Origin: Gammaproteobacteria bacterium
GTDB lineage: Bacteria; Pseudomonadota; Gammaproteobacteria; Pseudomonadales; JAHEGP01
Assembly (NCBI GenBank): GCA_030618705.1
Contig: JAUXCW010000002.1
Coordinates: 1-42,632 of the forward strand
Reading direction: 5' to 3'
DNA length: 42,632 bases
Shown: in pieces, positions 28,196 to 42,123 of the stretch
Numbering within the stretch: the stretch's first letter is position 1
Layout of the letters: each line of letters opens with the position of its first letter
Program-made: the position numbers and the translations under genes
Notes under the pieces: generated by a model
Told to the model about the DNA's origin: nothing
Database searches by the model: none
The model's input: the letters and a program-made list of their open reading frames with translations, nothing else

Positions 28196-28813
28196 ATGGC
28201 ACTAGCTGATACTTTACAATCCTTGCAGGAAATCGATTTTAGCGATCTCAGCATGGATAACCTGGGCACCTGGCCCACACCGGTCAAGGCTCTGGTCTGG
28301 GTGGTCGTTTTCGTACTGATCCTGGCCGGCGGTTACTTTATGGTGGTCCAGGCCCAGCAGGAAACCCTGGTTCGAGAGCAGGCGCAAGAAGGGGAATTGA
28401 AAAGCCTTTACGAGCGCCGCGCTGAGGAGGCGGCCAACCTCGATGCGTATCGGGTCCAGATGGTGGAGATAGAAAAGAACTTTGGCGTATTGCTGAGTCA
28501 GTTGCCGGAAGATACCGAAGTGCCCGGTCTGCTCGATGACATTTCCAATGTCGGTGTCAATAACGGGCTGGCCCTGAATTTCATCGGGCTCAAGTCTGAG
28601 CAGCGCAAGGAATTCTATGTCGAACTGCCTATCACCATCAAGGCAACCGGCGACTATCACGATTTTGGTGCCTTTGTGAGCGGCGTTTCTTCGCTGCCGC
28701 GGATTGTAACCCTGCACAACTTCTCGGTCGTTCGAAAGAAGGGCAAGGGCAAGAAGGCCGGGGTTTTGAAAATGGAAATCCTGGCAAAGACATACCGTTA
28801 CAAGGACGATTGA
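28196..28813 (+). CDS. pilO: Type IV pilus assembly protein PilO
   Basis: AGGAGG 9 nt upstream of the ATG. N-terminal TM helix (VKALVWVVVFVLILAGGYF), coiled-coil and ferredoxin-like C-terminus. Position is between pilN and pilP. Confidence 0.9.
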   Translation: MALADTLQSLQEIDFSDLSMDNLGTWPTPVKALVWVVVFVLILAGGYFMVVQAQQETLVREQAQEGELKSLYERRAEEAANLDAYRVQMVEIEKNFGVLLSQLPEDTEVPGLLDDISNVGVNNGLALNFIGLKSEQRKEFYVELPITIKATGDYHDFGAFVSGVSSLPRIVTLHNFSVVRKKGKGKKAGVLKMEILAKTYRYKDD

Positions 28814-28837
28814 ACCGGGGCATGAGGTAATACGGCA

Positions 28838-29362
28838 ATGAATAGAAAAACACTAACATTTACACTCTTTCTGCCCTTGATGCTGTCGGGTTGTATAGGC
28901 AACGACTACGCAGATATCCAGGGGTTTATGGACGAGGTCAAGTCGCGGCCGAAGAAGCAGATAGAGCCAATACCTATCTATCCGCCCTACAAATTTTATA
29001 CCTATAGCGTGATGTCGAAGCGCTCGCCCTTTGAGAAGCCGCTGGCGATCAGGGAGATTTCACGCCTGGTAGGCCCGGTCAGCAGCGTAAAACCCAGTGA
29101 TGATCGCGCTCGGGAGTATCTGGAGTCCTTCAGTGTTGAATCCCTCGGGATGGTGGGACACATACAGAAGAGTGGTGTTATGTACGCCCTGGTAAATGAC
29201 GGACAGGGCTCGGTTCATCCGGTTGCTGTCGGCAACTATATGGGCCGCAATCACGGCAAAATTGTCGGGATGTCGGAGACGGATATCAGTCTATTGGAAA
29301 TTGTTCCCAGCGGTGCGAATAACTGGGTGGAAAGACCAAGAACGATCTCCTTGCAAGAATAA
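28838..29362 (+). CDS. pilP: Type IV pilus assembly lipoprotein PilP
   Basis: Lipobox LMLSGC at the N-terminus, about 174 aa, position between pilO and pilQ. ...NDGQGSVHPVAVGNYMGRNHGKIV... is PilP-like. Confidence 0.88.
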   Translation: MNRKTLTFTLFLPLMLSGCIGNDYADIQGFMDEVKSRPKKQIEPIPIYPPYKFYTYSVMSKRSPFEKPLAIREISRLVGPVSSVKPSDDRAREYLESFSVESLGMVGHIQKSGVMYALVNDGQGSVHPVAVGNYMGRNHGKIVGMSETDISLLEIVPSGANNWVERPRTISLQE

Positions 29363-29385
29363 ACTAACCAGGTATTGAATCTACG

Positions 29386-31533
29386 ATGGATGCTGTAGCC
29401 ATGAAAACCAGTGTGATAACAACAGTAACGAAACGAGCTAAAGTCCTCAGGCGAGGAGTGTCAGCTTTGCTGATCTTGGGTGTACTACCCATGCAAAGTG
29501 CCCTGGCAGCCGCTATTAACGGCATCAATTTCAGCTCACTGCCCGGAGACAAGGTAGAAATCCGGCTCGACTTCGATGAAGCGCCACCGGCGCCGGAGTC
29601 CTATACCATCGAGCAGCCCGCTCGAATTGCACTGGATTTGCCAGGGGTCAGCAGCAACCTCGCGCAAAAGAAACACACACTGGATTTTAGCAATGCCCAG
29701 AGCGTGATGGTGCTGGAAGCCTCCGGTCGTACCCGAGTGATCGTCAACCTTGTCGAGCTGACCGGTTACGAGACAAGGGTCGAGGGCAACAGCCTGTATG
29801 TAACCCTGGGTGATGACTCGGCACAGGATTTCCTCAAGCCGACTGCCAACGAACTGGACTCGCAATTTACCGCGAGCAGTGGTGGAGCGGGTATAACCGC
29901 CATCGATTTCCAGCGCGGTGAACAGGGCGAGGGGAAATTGCTCCTGACCTTGTCTGATCCGTCGGTAGATGTCGATGTCAGCAAGCAGGGCCGCAATATT
30001 GCGGTTGTTTTCGACGGTGTCGATATCCCTGAAGCATTACAACGCCGTTATGACGTGGTCGACTTCGCCACGCCGGTTACTACTGTCAGTGCCGACGGGA
30101 ACAAGGGTCGGGCGACGATTCTTATCGAACCCACGGGCGAGTACGATTACCTGGCCTACCAGATGGATAACACTTACGTCGTCAGTGTGCGCCCGCTCGA
30201 TGATCAGGAGATCGAGGCACGCAAGAAAGAATTTATGTATACCGGTGAGAAGCTGTCCCTTAACTTCCAGGACATCGAAGTGCGGGCGGTGTTGCAGTTG
30301 ATCGCCGACTTTACCGAGCTCAACCTGGTGGCCAGTGACACGGTCAAAGGCAAGATCACCCTGCGCCTGCAAAATGTGCCCTGGGACCAGGCCCTGGATC
30401 TGATACTGAAAACCAAGGGCCTCGACAAGCGGCAGGTCGGCAACGTCCTGATGGTCGCTCCGGCGCCGGAGATCGCTGCCCGCGAGCGCCAGGAAATCGA
30501 GACCAACAAACAATTGGCGGAACTTGCTCCGCTGCAGACCGAGTTTATCCGCATTCGCTATGCAAACGCGGCTGACATCTTTTCCCTGTTCCAGTCAAGT
30601 GGCGGCGGTGGCTCCTCCGATTCCACCGGCAGTATCCTGTCGGCCCGTGGCCAGGTGATCGTCGACGACCGGACCAATTCCCTGCTGGTGACCGAAACCT
30701 CGCAGAAAATTGAGGAAGTGCGCCGCTTGATTCGCCTGATCGACGTACCGGTGCGCCAGGTGTTGATCGAATCACGTATCGTCGTCGCCAACTCCGATTT
30801 TTCCCAGGAACTGGGTATCAAGTGGGGCGGCGGGATCAAGAGTAATTCCGACCTGGGCCAGGCGTCCTCTCTGGGAACGGGTTCACTGACCTCGAATGTC
30901 ATCGCGCGTGACACCGGCGTATTGCAATTTCCCGATGCCCTTGTGGTTGATCTGGGCGTGCAAAAGGCTGGAGCAACCTCCTTCGCGGTGGACTTTGTCA
31001 ATGACCGGGTGGCGTTGACGGCTGAATTGTCCGCCCTGGAGAGCAACGGACAGGGTGAAGTGGTCTCACAGCCGAAGATCATTACCGGCGACAAACAGCA
31101 GGCCACGATCAAGTCCGGCCAGCAAGTACCCTATCTGGAGAGCTCATCCAGTGGCCGTACCACGGTCAAATTCAAGGATGCGGTATTGAAGCTGGACGTT
31201 ACCCCCAATATCACTCCGGATGATCGCATCATCATGGACCTGGTGATCAACCAGGATGAAGTGGGCGGCTTTATCAACGGTGAATTCAACTCCCAGATCC
31301 CGATTATCGATACCACCGAGCTGGTTACCCAGGTGCTGGTCGACAATGGTGAGACGATAGTGCTGGGCGGTGTGTTCCAACTGCAGGATATCACGCAGGT
31401 AACCAAGACACCTTACCTGGGCGATATTCCCTACCTGGGTCGTCTGTTCCGCCGCACGACTGAGTCCAAGGAGAAGACCGAGACCTTGATCTTTATCACA
31501 CCGCGTATATTATCCGACAACCTGCTGGATTGA
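29386..31533 (+). CDS. pilQ: Type IV pilus secretin PilQ
   Basis: 715 aa with a signal peptide and AMIN-like N-terminal repeats. The C-terminal secretin domain includes ...[15 protein letters not shown]...[11 protein letters not shown]. The start could alternatively be the ATG at 29401. Confidence 0.95.
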   Translation: MDAVAMKTSVITTVTKRAKVLRRGVSALLILGVLPMQSALAAAINGINFSSLPGDKVEIRLDFDEAPPAPESYTIEQPARIALDLPGVSSNLAQKKHTLDFSNAQSVMVLEASGRTRVIVNLVELTGYETRVEGNSLYVTLGDDSAQDFLKPTANELDSQFTASSGGAGITAIDFQRGEQGEGKLLLTLSDPSVDVDVSKQGRNIAVVFDGVDIPEALQRRYDVVDFATPVTTVSADGNKGRATILIEPTGEYDYLAYQMDNTYVVSVRPLDDQEIEARKKEFMYTGEKLSLNFQDIEVRAVLQLIADFTELNLVASDTVKGKITLRLQNVPWDQALDLILKTKGLDKRQVGNVLMVAPAPEIAARERQEIETNKQLAELAPLQTEFIRIRYANAADIFSLFQSSGGGGSSDSTGSILSARGQVIVDDRTNSLLVTETSQKIEEVRRLIRLIDVPVRQVLIESRIVVANSDFSQELGIKWGGGIKSNSDLGQASSLGTGSLTSNVIARDTGVLQFPDALVVDLGVQKAGATSFAVDFVNDRVALTAELSALESNGQGEVVSQPKIITGDKQQATIKSGQQVPYLESSSSGRTTVKFKDAVLKLDVTPNITPDDRIIMDLVINQDEVGGFINGEFNSQIPIIDTTELVTQVLVDNGETIVLGGVFQLQDITQVTKTPYLGDIPYLGRLFRRTTESKEKTETLIFITPRILSDNLLD

Positions 31534-31546
31534 TGCGCGATGGATA

Positions 31547-32077
31547 ATGTCAAAAACGGATAATATTTTCCTGATCGGCCCCATGGGGGCCGGTAAATCA
31601 ACCATCGGCCGCCTCCTGGCGGCCGAATTACGTCTGCCCTTTATAGATTCCGACCGCGAAATCGAGGAGCGCTGCGGCGCTGACATTCCCTGGATATTCG
31701 ATATGGAGGGGGAGCAGGGCTTCCGCGACCGCGAGAGCGCGATGCTGGAAGAACTGGCGAAGAGCCGGGGGCAGGTGTTGGCGACCGGTGGCGGTGCAAT
31801 CGAGCGCCCGGAGAATCGACGCCTGCTGGTGAGCCACGGTTTTGTCATCTATCTCCATACCTCGGTGGACAGGCAGTACGATCGCACCGCACGGGATCGC
31901 AAGCGCCCCCTGCTGCAAACAGATGACCCCCGGGGCAAGCTGGAGCAGCTGATGGCTCACCGCGACCCCCTCTATCGCGAGACGGCGGATCTTGTGGTCA
32001 GTACCGATGGTCGCAATGCGCGCTCGCTGGCGCACGATTTAGTCGCTAGAATACGTTCTGCTAAAAACACCTCCTGA
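31547..32077 (+). CDS. aroK: Shikimate kinase
   Basis: [20 protein letters not shown] (P-loop), ...DSD..IE...G..I..IF...GE..FR, 176 aa, followed by aroB. Confidence 0.95.
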   Translation: MSKTDNIFLIGPMGAGKSTIGRLLAAELRLPFIDSDREIEERCGADIPWIFDMEGEQGFRDRESAMLEELAKSRGQVLATGGGAIERPENRRLLVSHGFVIYLHTSVDRQYDRTARDRKRPLLQTDDPRGKLEQLMAHRDPLYRETADLVVSTDGRNARSLAHDLVARIRSAKNTS

Positions 32078-32094
32078 AACCCAGGGTATCCACG

Positions 32095-33183
32095 ATGCAG
32101 CAACTGACGGTTGAGCTCGGTGAGCGCAGCTATCCTATCTATATCGGCGTGGGCTTGTTGTCGCAGGCGCAGTTGCTGACCCGACATGTGCGTGCCGGCC
32201 AGGTGCTGGTGGTCAGCAATGAGACCATCGCCCCGCTCTATCTCGAGCCCGTACTGGCCGCTTGCGCGCACCTGCAGGTAGACAGCTGCATTCTGCCCGA
32301 TGGCGAAAAGTATAAAAACCTGGAGGTGCTGAACCGTATTTTCGATACCTTGCTGGAGCGGCGTCACAATCGAAGCACCACGCTTGTCGCCCTCGGCGGC
32401 GGCGTGGTGGGGGATATGACCGGTTTCGCCGCCGCCTCGTACCAGCGCGGCGTCGACTTTATCCAGCTGCCGACAACGCTGCTGGCCCAGGTCGATTCCT
32501 CCGTCGGCGGTAAAACCGCGGTCAATCACCCCCGCGGTAAAAACATGATCGGCGCCTTTTACCAGCCGCGCTGTGTGATCGCGGATATCGACACCCTCTC
32601 GACCCTGCCTGAAAGGGAGTATGCGGCCGGAATAGCCGAGGTGATCAAGTACGGCCTGATTGCCGATAGCGAGTTTTTTGACTGGCTGGAGCGTCATCTC
32701 GAGGCCTTGCAGTCCCGGGACGGAGAGGTGCTCGCCACGGCGATCGCCCGCTCCTGCGACAACAAGGCCAGGGTAGTGTCCCGTGACGAGCGGGAGGGCG
32801 GCCTCAGGGCAATCCTCAACCTGGGTCACACCTTCGGCCATGCCATCGAGACCTGGCAGGGTTACGGCGATTGGTTGCACGGTGAGGCCGTTGCAGCCGG
32901 CATGGTCATCGCGGCTGAACTCTCCCGGCAGCTCGGTTGGCTCGATCCCGCGGTGGTCAACAGGCTGGTCGAGATGCTGCAATTGCTGGCCTTGCCGACA
33001 GCACCCCCTCCGGCGATGTCGGCCGATCGCTTTATCGAACTCATGGCGGTGGACAAAAAAGTCCTGGACGGAAAGCAGCGACTGGTGTTGCTTCAGGCGC
33101 TGGGCCAGGCCTGCGTCACCGACGAGCCTACAATGGCGCAAATCACCGCAGCCATCGAGTCCAGTCGCCGCTACACTGGCTGA
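32095..33183 (+). CDS. aroB: 3-dehydroquinate synthase
   Basis: [53 protein letters not shown] and [12 protein letters not shown], canonical AroB. Confidence 0.96.
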   Translation: MQQLTVELGERSYPIYIGVGLLSQAQLLTRHVRAGQVLVVSNETIAPLYLEPVLAACAHLQVDSCILPDGEKYKNLEVLNRIFDTLLERRHNRSTTLVALGGGVVGDMTGFAAASYQRGVDFIQLPTTLLAQVDSSVGGKTAVNHPRGKNMIGAFYQPRCVIADIDTLSTLPEREYAAGIAEVIKYGLIADSEFFDWLERHLEALQSRDGEVLATAIARSCDNKARVVSRDEREGGLRAILNLGHTFGHAIETWQGYGDWLHGEAVAAGMVIAAELSRQLGWLDPAVVNRLVEMLQLLALPTAPPPAMSADRFIELMAVDKKVLDGKQRLVLLQALGQACVTDEPTMAQITAAIESSRRYTG

Positions 33184-33374
33184 GTGCGCGGTCCCGGCGT
33201 ATTCTCCTCGAAGAAGCCATCCACCCCCGCAAGGCCACTGGACAGGGAGGCTGCGGCCCTCATTGTGCCGCCAGCGGGCAACGTGTAAAATATCGATCCT
33301 TTTTGCTGGCAAGATGCTCGCCCAGCCTTAAATATTTTATATCTCCTTGATTATAAAGCGATTTGTGAGTTTTC

Positions 33375-36300
33375 ATGAGGAATGGACTATATAGCCCCGG
33401 CGAGTTCCGGGACAACTGCGGGTTTGGCCTGATCGCCCATATCGAGGGTGAGGCCAGTCATCGGCTATTGGCGACATCGATCGAATCCCTGACCTCCATG
33501 ACCCATCGTGGCGGTATCGCGGCCGACGGCAAAACCGGCGACGGCTGTGGCTTGCTGATGCAAAAACCCGATCATTTTCTGCGGCACCTGGCCGGGGAAT
33601 TGTTCGAGCAGGCACTGGCGGATCGATACGCCGTGGGCCAGGTGTTCCTCAGTACTGATGAGCAGCGCTACTCGGGGCAAAAACAGGCGGTGGAGAACGC
33701 GGTAGAGGAACAGGGGCTAACGGTGCTGGGTTGGCGCAGCGTACCCACCGATTCCTCTGTATTGGGAGAAATCGCGCTGAAATCCCTGCCTCGCATCGAA
33801 CAGGTGTTCGTCCAGTCGGCCGCCGTTGATATGTCGGAGCAGGCCTTTGCTGTGGCTTTGTTTGTCGCCCGCCGCAAGTCAGAAATAGCCGTGGGCGATG
33901 ATGAGCACTTCTACATCAATTGCCTGTCGGCGGATGTGCTCAGCTATAAGGGCCTGATGATGCCTGCGGATCTGGCCCGCTTTTTCCCGGATCTCGCCGA
34001 TGAACGCATGGAAACGGCGATCTGCGTTTTCCACCAGCGGTTTTCCACCAACACCTTGCCCCGCTGGCCTCTTGCCCAGCCATTCCGCTACCTGGCGCAC
34101 AATGGTGAGATCAATACCATCACGGGCAATCGCAATTGGGCGGAGGCACGCACCAGCAAATTCAAGACCGACCTGCTGCCGGATATCGAGGCGCTGTCGC
34201 CGCTGGTCAATCGTACCGGGTCGGATTCCTCCAGCCTCGATAATATGCTGGAGGTGTTGTTGGCCGGCGGTATGGATATCAATCGCGCCATCAGCACCCT
34301 GGTGCCCCCTGCCTGGCAAAATGTCGAGGACATGGATCCGGACGAGCGCGCGTTTTTTGAATACTCATCCATGCACATGGAGCCCTGGGACGGGCCTGCA
34401 GGCATGGTGATGACGGATGGGCGTTACGCTATTTGCATGCTCGATCGCAACGGTTTGCGGCCGGCGCGCTACGTGGTCACCAAGGACGGTTTTATCATCC
34501 TGGCGTCGGAGGTGGGTACCTACGACTACCAGCCCGGTGATGTGGTGGAAAAGGGCCGTGTCGGTCCCGGCCAGATTCTCTCGGTGGACACCCAAACCGG
34601 TCGTATTCGCCATACCAGCGACGTGCGCGGTGAGCTGAAGTCTGCAAACCCCTATACCCTTTGGCTCAAAGAGCACACCATCCGCATCGAGGCGACCCTG
34701 CAGGGTGAGTTGGAGCCACCGTTGCTGGCGGTGGGGGAGCTGCCGGTCTACCAGAAAATGTTCAACGTTTCCTTCGAGGAGCGCGACCAGGTGTTGCGCC
34801 CGCTGACGGAAACCGGGCAGGAAGCCGTCGGCTCCATGGGTGATGACACGCCGGTGGCGGTGTTGTCCGATCGCCAGCGCTCGGTGTTCGACTACTTCCG
34901 GCAGCAGTTCGCCCAGGTGACCAACCCGCCGATCGATCCCCTGCGCGAATCCATTGTCATGTCCCTGGAGACCTGCCTGGGCGTGGAGCAAAACGTGTTC
35001 GACGATTCTCCCGAACATGCGCGGCGCATCATTTTGAATTCGCCGGTATTGTCGCCGGGCAAGTATGAACAGCTGCTGAAATTTGAACACCAGGAGTTCC
35101 AGAAGGCGACGATAAGCCTGCTTTACGATCCCGCCGGCAGCGGTTTTCGACAGGCCCTGGAGTCGATTGCTGACCAGGCCGTGCAGGCAACCCGTGACGG
35201 CCGGACGCTGTTGATGTTGTCCGACAAGGGGCTGGAACCCGGATTGTTGCCGGTTTCCAGCCTGCTGGCTACCGGTGCCGTACACCATCGCTTGATTCGC
35301 GAGGGCTTGCGTTGTGACACCAATATTCTGGTGGAGACGGCGGCGGCGCGGGATTCCCACCAGATCGCCGCACTGATCGGTTTTGGCGCCACCGCGGTCT
35401 ATCCCTACCTGAGCTTCAATATCATCAGCGATATGTTGCGCACGGGGGAATTGCTGGGTGATGAGATCAGCGCTCACACCAGTTATCGCCGGGGTATCAA
35501 CAAGGGCCTGATGAAAATCCTGTCGAAGATGGGTATCTCCACCATCACCTCCTATCGTGGTGCCCAGTTGTTCGAGGCCGTGGGCCTGGACGACGAAATC
35601 ACGGGTCTGTGTTTTTGCGGCATCGCCAGTCGCATTCAGGGAGCGAGATTTGTCGATCTCGAGCGGGAGCAGGCGGTACTTGCCAGGCAGGCCTGGAGCG
35701 TTCGCAAGCCCCTCAACCAGGGCGGATTGCTCAAGTATGTTCACGGCGGCGAGTACCACGCTTTCAACCCGGATGTGGTGGTGACCCTGCAACAGGCCGT
35801 GCAAAACGGTGACTACGGCATCTACCGCAAGTATGCCGCCCTGGTGAACCAGCGGCCGGCCGCCAGTATCCGCGATATGCTCCGGCTGAAGGCCGGGACC
35901 GCCATTGCCCTGGACGAGGTCGAACCCATCGAGGCCATCACCCGCCGATTCGATTCCGCGGGCATGTCCCTGGGCGCGCTGTCACCGGAAGCCCACGAGG
36001 CGCTGGCCGCTGCAATGAACAGCATTGGCGCTCGCTCCAATTCGGGGGAGGGGGGCGAAGACCCCGCCCGCTTCGGTACCGATCGCGTATCCAAAATCAA
36101 GCAGATCGCCTCCGGTCGCTTCGGCGTCACGCCTCACTACCTGGTCAATGCCGAGGTATTGCAGATCAAGGTTGCCCAGGGCGCCAAGCCCGGCGAGGGC
36201 GGCCAGCTACCCGGCGGCAAGGTCAACCAATTGATCGCGCGGCTGCGCTATTCGGTGCCTGGAGTCACCCTGATCTCGCCACCACCACATCATGATATCT

Positions 36301-37826
36301 ATTCGATCGAGGACCTGGCGCAGCTGATCTACGATCTCAAGCAGGTCAACCCCCAGGCGCTGGTCTCGGTCAAGCTGGTGGCCGAGGCGGGGGTCGGCAC
36401 CATCGCTGCAGGCGTCGCCAAGGCCTATGCCGACCTGATCACTATTTCCGGCTACGACGGCGGCACCGGCGCCAGTCCGCTGACCTCGATTCGCTATGCC
36501 GGTAGCCCCTGGGAACTGGGTCTCAGCGAAACCCACCAGGCGCTGCGGGCCAATAGCTTGCGAGGCCTGGTTCGCTTGCAAACCGACGGTGGTCTCAAGA
36601 CCGGCCTCGACGTGATCAAGGCCGCGATGCTCGGGGCGGAGAGCTTTGGCTTTGGCACGGCCCCCATGGTGGCCCTGGGTTGTAAATACCTGCGCATCTG
36701 CCACCTGAACAACTGCGCCACAGGTATCGCCACACAGGATAGCCGCCTGCGGGATGAACACTTTATCGGTACCGTGGCGATGGTGGTTCACTTTTTCCGT
36801 TTCGTCGCCGCGGAGGTGCGTGAGTTAATGGCGGAAATGGGCGTGCGCAGCCTGGATGAGTTGATCGGTCGCAGCGACCTGCTGGAGATGATCGAGGGCA
36901 GCAATGACAAGCAGCGCAACCTCGACCTGACGCCTATTCTGTACAACGACCAGATCGACCCCGGCGAACCCCAGACCTGCCAGGTACCCTCCAACGACCC
37001 CTTCGATAAGGGCGAGCTGGCCGAGCGTATGGTGACGGAGCTATTGCCGATGATCGAGGCAAAGCAGGGCGGTGAATTCCGCTATCGGGTGTCTAATCGT
37101 GACCGTTCTATCGGCGCGCGCCTGTCGGGCGAAATCGCAAGGCGTTACGGTAATCGAGGGATGGCTGATGCACCGTTGATGCTGCGCCTGGAAGGCACCG
37201 CCGGGCAGAGCTTCGGGGTGTGGAATGCCGGCGGGTTGCAAATGTACCTGCGTGGTGACGCCAATGATTATGTCGGCAAGGGAATGGCCGGCGGCAAACT
37301 GGTAATAGCGCCGGCCGAGGGCAGCGAATTCAATACCTGGGAGGCATCCATCATCGGCAACACCTGTCTCTATGGGGCAACCGGCGGCAAATTGTTTGCC
37401 GCGGGCAAGGCCGGGGAGCGTTTTGCAGTGCGTAACTCCGGTGCCCACGCGGTGGTCGAGGGCGTGGGTGACCATTGCTGTGAGTATATGACAGGCGGTT
37501 GTATCGCGGTGCTCGGCGCTGCAGGTTACAATTTCGGCGCGGGCATGACCGGCGGCTTTGCCTATGTGTTAGATATGAAAAACAATTTCCATGACCGTTA
37601 CAACAGCGAGCTGATCGAAATCCGCCGTATCGGCAAGGAAGAGGTCGAGGCTTACAGGCATCATCTTCGTTCGGTGATTGCGGAGTATGTCAACGAAACC
37701 GATAGCGAGTGGGGCAGGGAGATCGTCGACAATTTCCACGACTATCTGCGCAAGTTCTGGTTGGTCAAGCCCAAGGCGGCCAACTTGACAAGCTTGTTGA
37801 ACAACACCCGGCGTCGTCCGGAATAG
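33375..37826 (+). CDS. gltB: Glutamate synthase (NADPH) large subunit
   Basis: 1483 aa. The pro-peptide is followed by the Ntn catalytic Cys ([14 protein letters not shown]). FMN and 3Fe-4S regions are present ([14 protein letters not shown]), plus the C-terminal GXGXG beta-helix domain. Confidence 0.97.
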   Translation: MRNGLYSPGEFRDNCGFGLIAHIEGEASHRLLATSIESLTSMTHRGGIAADGKTGDGCGLLMQKPDHFLRHLAGELFEQALADRYAVGQVFLSTDEQRYSGQKQAVENAVEEQGLTVLGWRSVPTDSSVLGEIALKSLPRIEQVFVQSAAVDMSEQAFAVALFVARRKSEIAVGDDEHFYINCLSADVLSYKGLMMPADLARFFPDLADERMETAICVFHQRFSTNTLPRWPLAQPFRYLAHNGEINTITGNRNWAEARTSKFKTDLLPDIEALSPLVNRTGSDSSSLDNMLEVLLAGGMDINRAISTLVPPAWQNVEDMDPDERAFFEYSSMHMEPWDGPAGMVMTDGRYAICMLDRNGLRPARYVVTKDGFIILASEVGTYDYQPGDVVEKGRVGPGQILSVDTQTGRIRHTSDVRGELKSANPYTLWLKEHTIRIEATLQGELEPPLLAVGELPVYQKMFNVSFEERDQVLRPLTETGQEAVGSMGDDTPVAVLSDRQRSVFDYFRQQFAQVTNPPIDPLRESIVMSLETCLGVEQNVFDDSPEHARRIILNSPVLSPGKYEQLLKFEHQEFQKATISLLYDPAGSGFRQALESIADQAVQATRDGRTLLMLSDKGLEPGLLPVSSLLATGAVHHRLIREGLRCDTNILVETAAARDSHQIAALIGFGATAVYPYLSFNIISDMLRTGELLGDEISAHTSYRRGINKGLMKILSKMGISTITSYRGAQLFEAVGLDDEITGLCFCGIASRIQGARFVDLEREQAVLARQAWSVRKPLNQGGLLKYVHGGEYHAFNPDVVVTLQQAVQNGDYGIYRKYAALVNQRPAASIRDMLRLKAGTAIALDEVEPIEAITRRFDSAGMSLGALSPEAHEALAAAMNSIGARSNSGEGGEDPARFGTDRVSKIKQIASGRFGVTPHYLVNAEVLQIKVAQGAKPGEGGQLPGGKVNQLIARLRYSVPGVTLISPPPHHDIYSIEDLAQLIYDLKQVNPQALVSVKLVAEAGVGTIAAGVAKAYADLITISGYDGGTGASPLTSIRYAGSPWELGLSETHQALRANSLRGLVRLQTDGGLKTGLDVIKAAMLGAESFGFGTAPMVALGCKYLRICHLNNCATGIATQDSRLRDEHFIGTVAMVVHFFRFVAAEVRELMAEMGVRSLDELIGRSDLLEMIEGSNDKQRNLDLTPILYNDQIDPGEPQTCQVPSNDPFDKGELAERMVTELLPMIEAKQGGEFRYRVSNRDRSIGARLSGEIARRYGNRGMADAPLMLRLEGTAGQSFGVWNAGGLQMYLRGDANDYVGKGMAGGKLVIAPAEGSEFNTWEASIIGNTCLYGATGGKLFAAGKAGERFAVRNSGAHAVVEGVGDHCCEYMTGGCIAVLGAAGYNFGAGMTGGFAYVLDMKNNFHDRYNSELIEIRRIGKEEVEAYRHHLRSVIAEYVNETDSEWGREIVDNFHDYLRKFWLVKPKAANLTSLLNNTRRRPE

Positions 37827-37876
37827 GGCACAGTGCACCGCTCGCAGTGCCCCCTGAAACGTTTGTTGGAGACTAA

Positions 37877-39301
<1,425 letters not shown>

Positions 39302-39313
39302 TTGCGACGCCCT

Positions 39314-40384
39314 ATGACTGAACTAAAAAATGATCGCTTCCTGCGCGCGCTGCAACGCCAGCCCGTCGATGTCACCCCGGTGTGGATGATGCGCCAGGCG
39401 GGTCGCTACCTGCCGGAATATCGCGCCACACGCCAGCGCGCCGGTGATTTTTTGTCCCTGTGCAAAAATACGCCCCTGGCCTGTGAGGTGACGCTGCAAC
39501 CGCTGGAACGCTACCCCCTTGACGCCGCGATTCTGTTTTCCGATATTCTCACCGTGCCCGACGCCATGGGTCTCGGCCTGTATTTTGCCGAGGGCGAGGG
39601 GCCGCGATTTCGCCGGCCGGTGCAGGATGCCGCAGCGGTTGAGGCCCTGGAGGTGGTGAACAGCAAACAGGATTTGTCCTATGTGATGGATGCGGTGAGC
39701 CTGATTCGGCGCGAACTCAATGGTCGGGTGCCGCTGATCGGCTTTTCCGGTAGCCCCTGGACCCTGGCGACCTATATGGTCGAGGGCGGCTCCAGCAAGG
39801 ATTTTCGCCGGGTTAAAACCATGGCCTATGACCAGCCCGGACTGATGCACCTGTTGCTGGAAAAGCTGGCGCTGTCGGTCACCGACTACCTCAATAGCCA
39901 GATCGAAGCGGGTGCCCAGGTGGTGCAGATTTTCGATACCTGGGGTGGCGCGTTGTCGGCTGCCGGCTATCTGGAATTCTCACTGGCCTATATGAAAAAG
40001 ATCATCGATGGATTGCACAGTGAGTACGACGGCAGGCCGGTGCCGGTGATCGTATTCACCAAGCAGGGTGGCCAATGGCTGGAGGCGATTGCCGACAGCG
40101 GATGCAGCACTGTCGGGCTCGACTGGACTACCGATATTGGTCAGGCGCGCGCCAGGGTGGGCGATCGCGTTGCCCTGCAGGGCAATATGGACCCGACCAT
40201 GCTCTACGCCTCGCCTCAGCGTATCCGCCAGGAGGTGGGCGCAATCCTCGAATCCTTCGGCAGTGGCCCCGGGCATATATTCAACCTGGGACACGGTATT
40301 ACCCCCGAGGTCGATCCTGAGCACGCGGGTGTTTTTATCGAGGCCGTGCACGAGTTATCGCCGCCGTATCACGCTGCTCAGTAG
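39314..40384 (+). CDS. hemE: Uroporphyrinogen decarboxylase
   Basis: From the ATG at 39314: [37 protein letters not shown], the canonical HemE N-terminus. Confidence 0.96.
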   Translation: MTELKNDRFLRALQRQPVDVTPVWMMRQAGRYLPEYRATRQRAGDFLSLCKNTPLACEVTLQPLERYPLDAAILFSDILTVPDAMGLGLYFAEGEGPRFRRPVQDAAAVEALEVVNSKQDLSYVMDAVSLIRRELNGRVPLIGFSGSPWTLATYMVEGGSSKDFRRVKTMAYDQPGLMHLLLEKLALSVTDYLNSQIEAGAQVVQIFDTWGGALSAAGYLEFSLAYMKKIIDGLHSEYDGRPVPVIVFTKQGGQWLEAIADSGCSTVGLDWTTDIGQARARVGDRVALQGNMDPTMLYASPQRIRQEVGAILESFGSGPGHIFNLGHGITPEVDPEHAGVFIEAVHELSPPYHAAQ

Positions 40385-41283
40385 ACTTTCTCCTGCCCCG
40401 GCGGGCGACTCTTGAAACGACGATGTACCCACATATATTGTTCCGGGTGCTGGCGTATGACTTTTTCCAGCTGGCGGTTGATGGCGGCTGCATCAGCGTC
40501 ATAATCGCAACCGGTAAAGCCCTCGATCTCCCCTATATGCATGTGGTATTTGCCATCCTCGCTGCGGTAGTACCAGCAGGCAAGTACTTTTGCCTTGCTC
40601 TTTTTTGCCATGCGGGTGGGGGCTTTGATCACCGCCGCGGGGACACCGAAAAAAGGTGCGAATACCGAGTGTTTGGCGCCGTAGTCCTGGTCCGGCGGGT
40701 ACCACAATACGCGTTTGTCCGACAGGCTGCGATACACGCCACGCATATCGTCCTGGGGGATCGAGCGCCCGCCCTGTAAATACTTTTCGCGGCCGTGGGT
40801 CATAAAGTAATTGATGACCGGGTTTTTTTGCCGTCGGTAGATGTGGTCGGTTTCGACGAAGTTGCCGAACAGGGTGCCGGCGATGTCCAGGGTAGTGAAG
40901 TGCGCGCCCAGTAGTAATACTGCCTTGCCTTCCTGCTGCGCCTGCTCAATCAGTTCCACATCGTGTACTTCGGCCAGGGGTAGTAATCGTCGAGGGGGCA
41001 TCAGCCACGCCGCAAGGGTCTCCATCAGGCCCATGCCCTGGCTTTCGAAGGTGCGAATCAGCAATTGCCGCTGTTGTGCCGCGTTCAGTTCCGGAAAGCA
41101 CAGCCTCAGGTTGACCTCGGCAATATGTCTTCGACGCTTGCCCAGACGCATGAACAGGCGGCCGATAAGACGTCCCAGGCGCAGCTGGAAACTCAGGGGA
41201 AACAAGGTGACCAGCTTGGCTAGCCCTATTAGCAGCCAGCTGGGCCAGTGGCGTGGATGGTACAAGGCGGCAGGGGTAGACAA
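40378..41283 (-). CDS. Lipid A biosynthesis lauroyl/myristoyl acyltransferase (LpxL/HtrB family)
   Basis: 301 aa, collinear with my remembered E. coli LpxL: [11 protein letters not shown]..., [27 protein letters not shown] (HX4D), [15 protein letters not shown]. The paralogue (LpxL/M/P) cannot be assigned. Confidence 0.88.
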   Translation of the reverse strand: MSTPAALYHPRHWPSWLLIGLAKLVTLFPLSFQLRLGRLIGRLFMRLGKRRRHIAEVNLRLCFPELNAAQQRQLLIRTFESQGMGLMETLAAWLMPPRRLLPLAEVHDVELIEQAQQEGKAVLLLGAHFTTLDIAGTLFGNFVETDHIYRRQKNPVINYFMTHGREKYLQGGRSIPQDDMRGVYRSLSDKRVLWYPPDQDYGAKHSVFAPFFGVPAAVIKAPTRMAKKSKAKVLACWYYRSEDGKYHMHIGEIEGFTGCDYDADAAAINRQLEKVIRQHPEQYMWVHRRFKSRPPGQEKVY

Positions 41284-41381
41284 AGGCGAGTCCTTCTGTG
41301 ACCGATAGCCGCTATTCTAGCACCTGCTGAGGTTACAGTGGCGATCCCTCCTATACTGGTAACAGGTAGGGAGATTCGGGT

Positions 41382-42023
41382 ATGGAGCGACGATTAATCG
41401 TCCTTTGCATGGTGATGTTGTGCTGGCCACTGGCCGCCCTGGGCGCCACACAGGTTGAGGTGCGTGGCCTGTTCAAGGACGGTGCGGTGCTGATTATCGA
41501 CGGCCAGCAACGAATGTTGCGGGCCGGCAAGACCAGCCCCGAGGGCGTGCGCCTGGTCCGGGCCGATACCCGTATTGCCGTTATCGAAGTGGACGGTCAG
41601 CGCCATTCCCTGGGTATGAGCAAGCGCATCTCTTCGAGCTTTAAAGCCCCGGAGGTGAGGAGCACGGCGGTACACCGCGACGGTAACAATCAGTACCTGC
41701 TGACCGGCGCGATCAACGGCGTCAATACAGAGATGCTGGTGGATACCGGCGCCACAGCGGTTGCCATGAGCAGTAGCACCGCCCGGGCACTGGGGATTGA
41801 TTTCAAAAAGAAAAACAACAAGGGTATCGCCCGCACCGCCTCGGGTACGGTCACCAGTTACCAGGTCAAACTCAGCTCGGTGAGTGTTGGGGAGATTACC
41901 GTGCACAATGTGCGGGCTTTCGTCAACGAAGGCGAGTATCCCCATGTCGTGCTGCTGGGCATGAGTTTTTTACGCCATGTCCAGATGCGCGATGCCAACG
42001 GTGTGCTCTATCTGGAGCAATAG
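41382..42023 (+). CDS. Retropepsin-like (clan AA) aspartic protease, membrane/periplasm-targeted
   Basis: N-terminal hydrophobic signal/anchor. LVDTGATAVAMS (DTG active site) and a ...LLGMSFL... flap-like C-terminus. 213 aa. Confidence 0.8.
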   Translation: MERRLIVLCMVMLCWPLAALGATQVEVRGLFKDGAVLIIDGQQRMLRAGKTSPEGVRLVRADTRIAVIEVDGQRHSLGMSKRISSSFKAPEVRSTAVHRDGNNQYLLTGAINGVNTEMLVDTGATAVAMSSSTARALGIDFKKKNNKGIARTASGTVTSYQVKLSSVSVGEITVHNVRAFVNEGEYPHVVLLGMSFLRHVQMRDANGVLYLEQ

Positions 42024-42082
42024 GGGAGTTCACCGGCCCAAACCGCACCTCAGGGCGTTGTCTCGCAACCACTGCGCCATAC

Positions 42083-42091
42083 TGCTAGAAT
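42083..42091 (+). promoter_or_regulatory. Candidate extended -10 promoter element (TGCTAGAAT) for ribA
   Basis: TGnTAGAAT lies 33 nt upstream of the ribA GTG. No good -35, which is not required for extended -10 promoters. Confidence 0.3.
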
Positions 42092-42123
42092 GTGCCACCC
42101 CGTGATCTGGAGCGCACTCGCAG

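Noticed and set aside
33184-33374. The gap between aroB and gltB, where I expected a damX-like/SPOR or other gene as in E. coli (aroK-aroB-damX) and, as I recall, P. aeruginosa.
   Set aside because: Only 191 nt, partly AT-rich, with no credible ORF and only weak hairpins. It is most simply the gltB promoter region. Absence of a gene is a synteny difference, not a feature.
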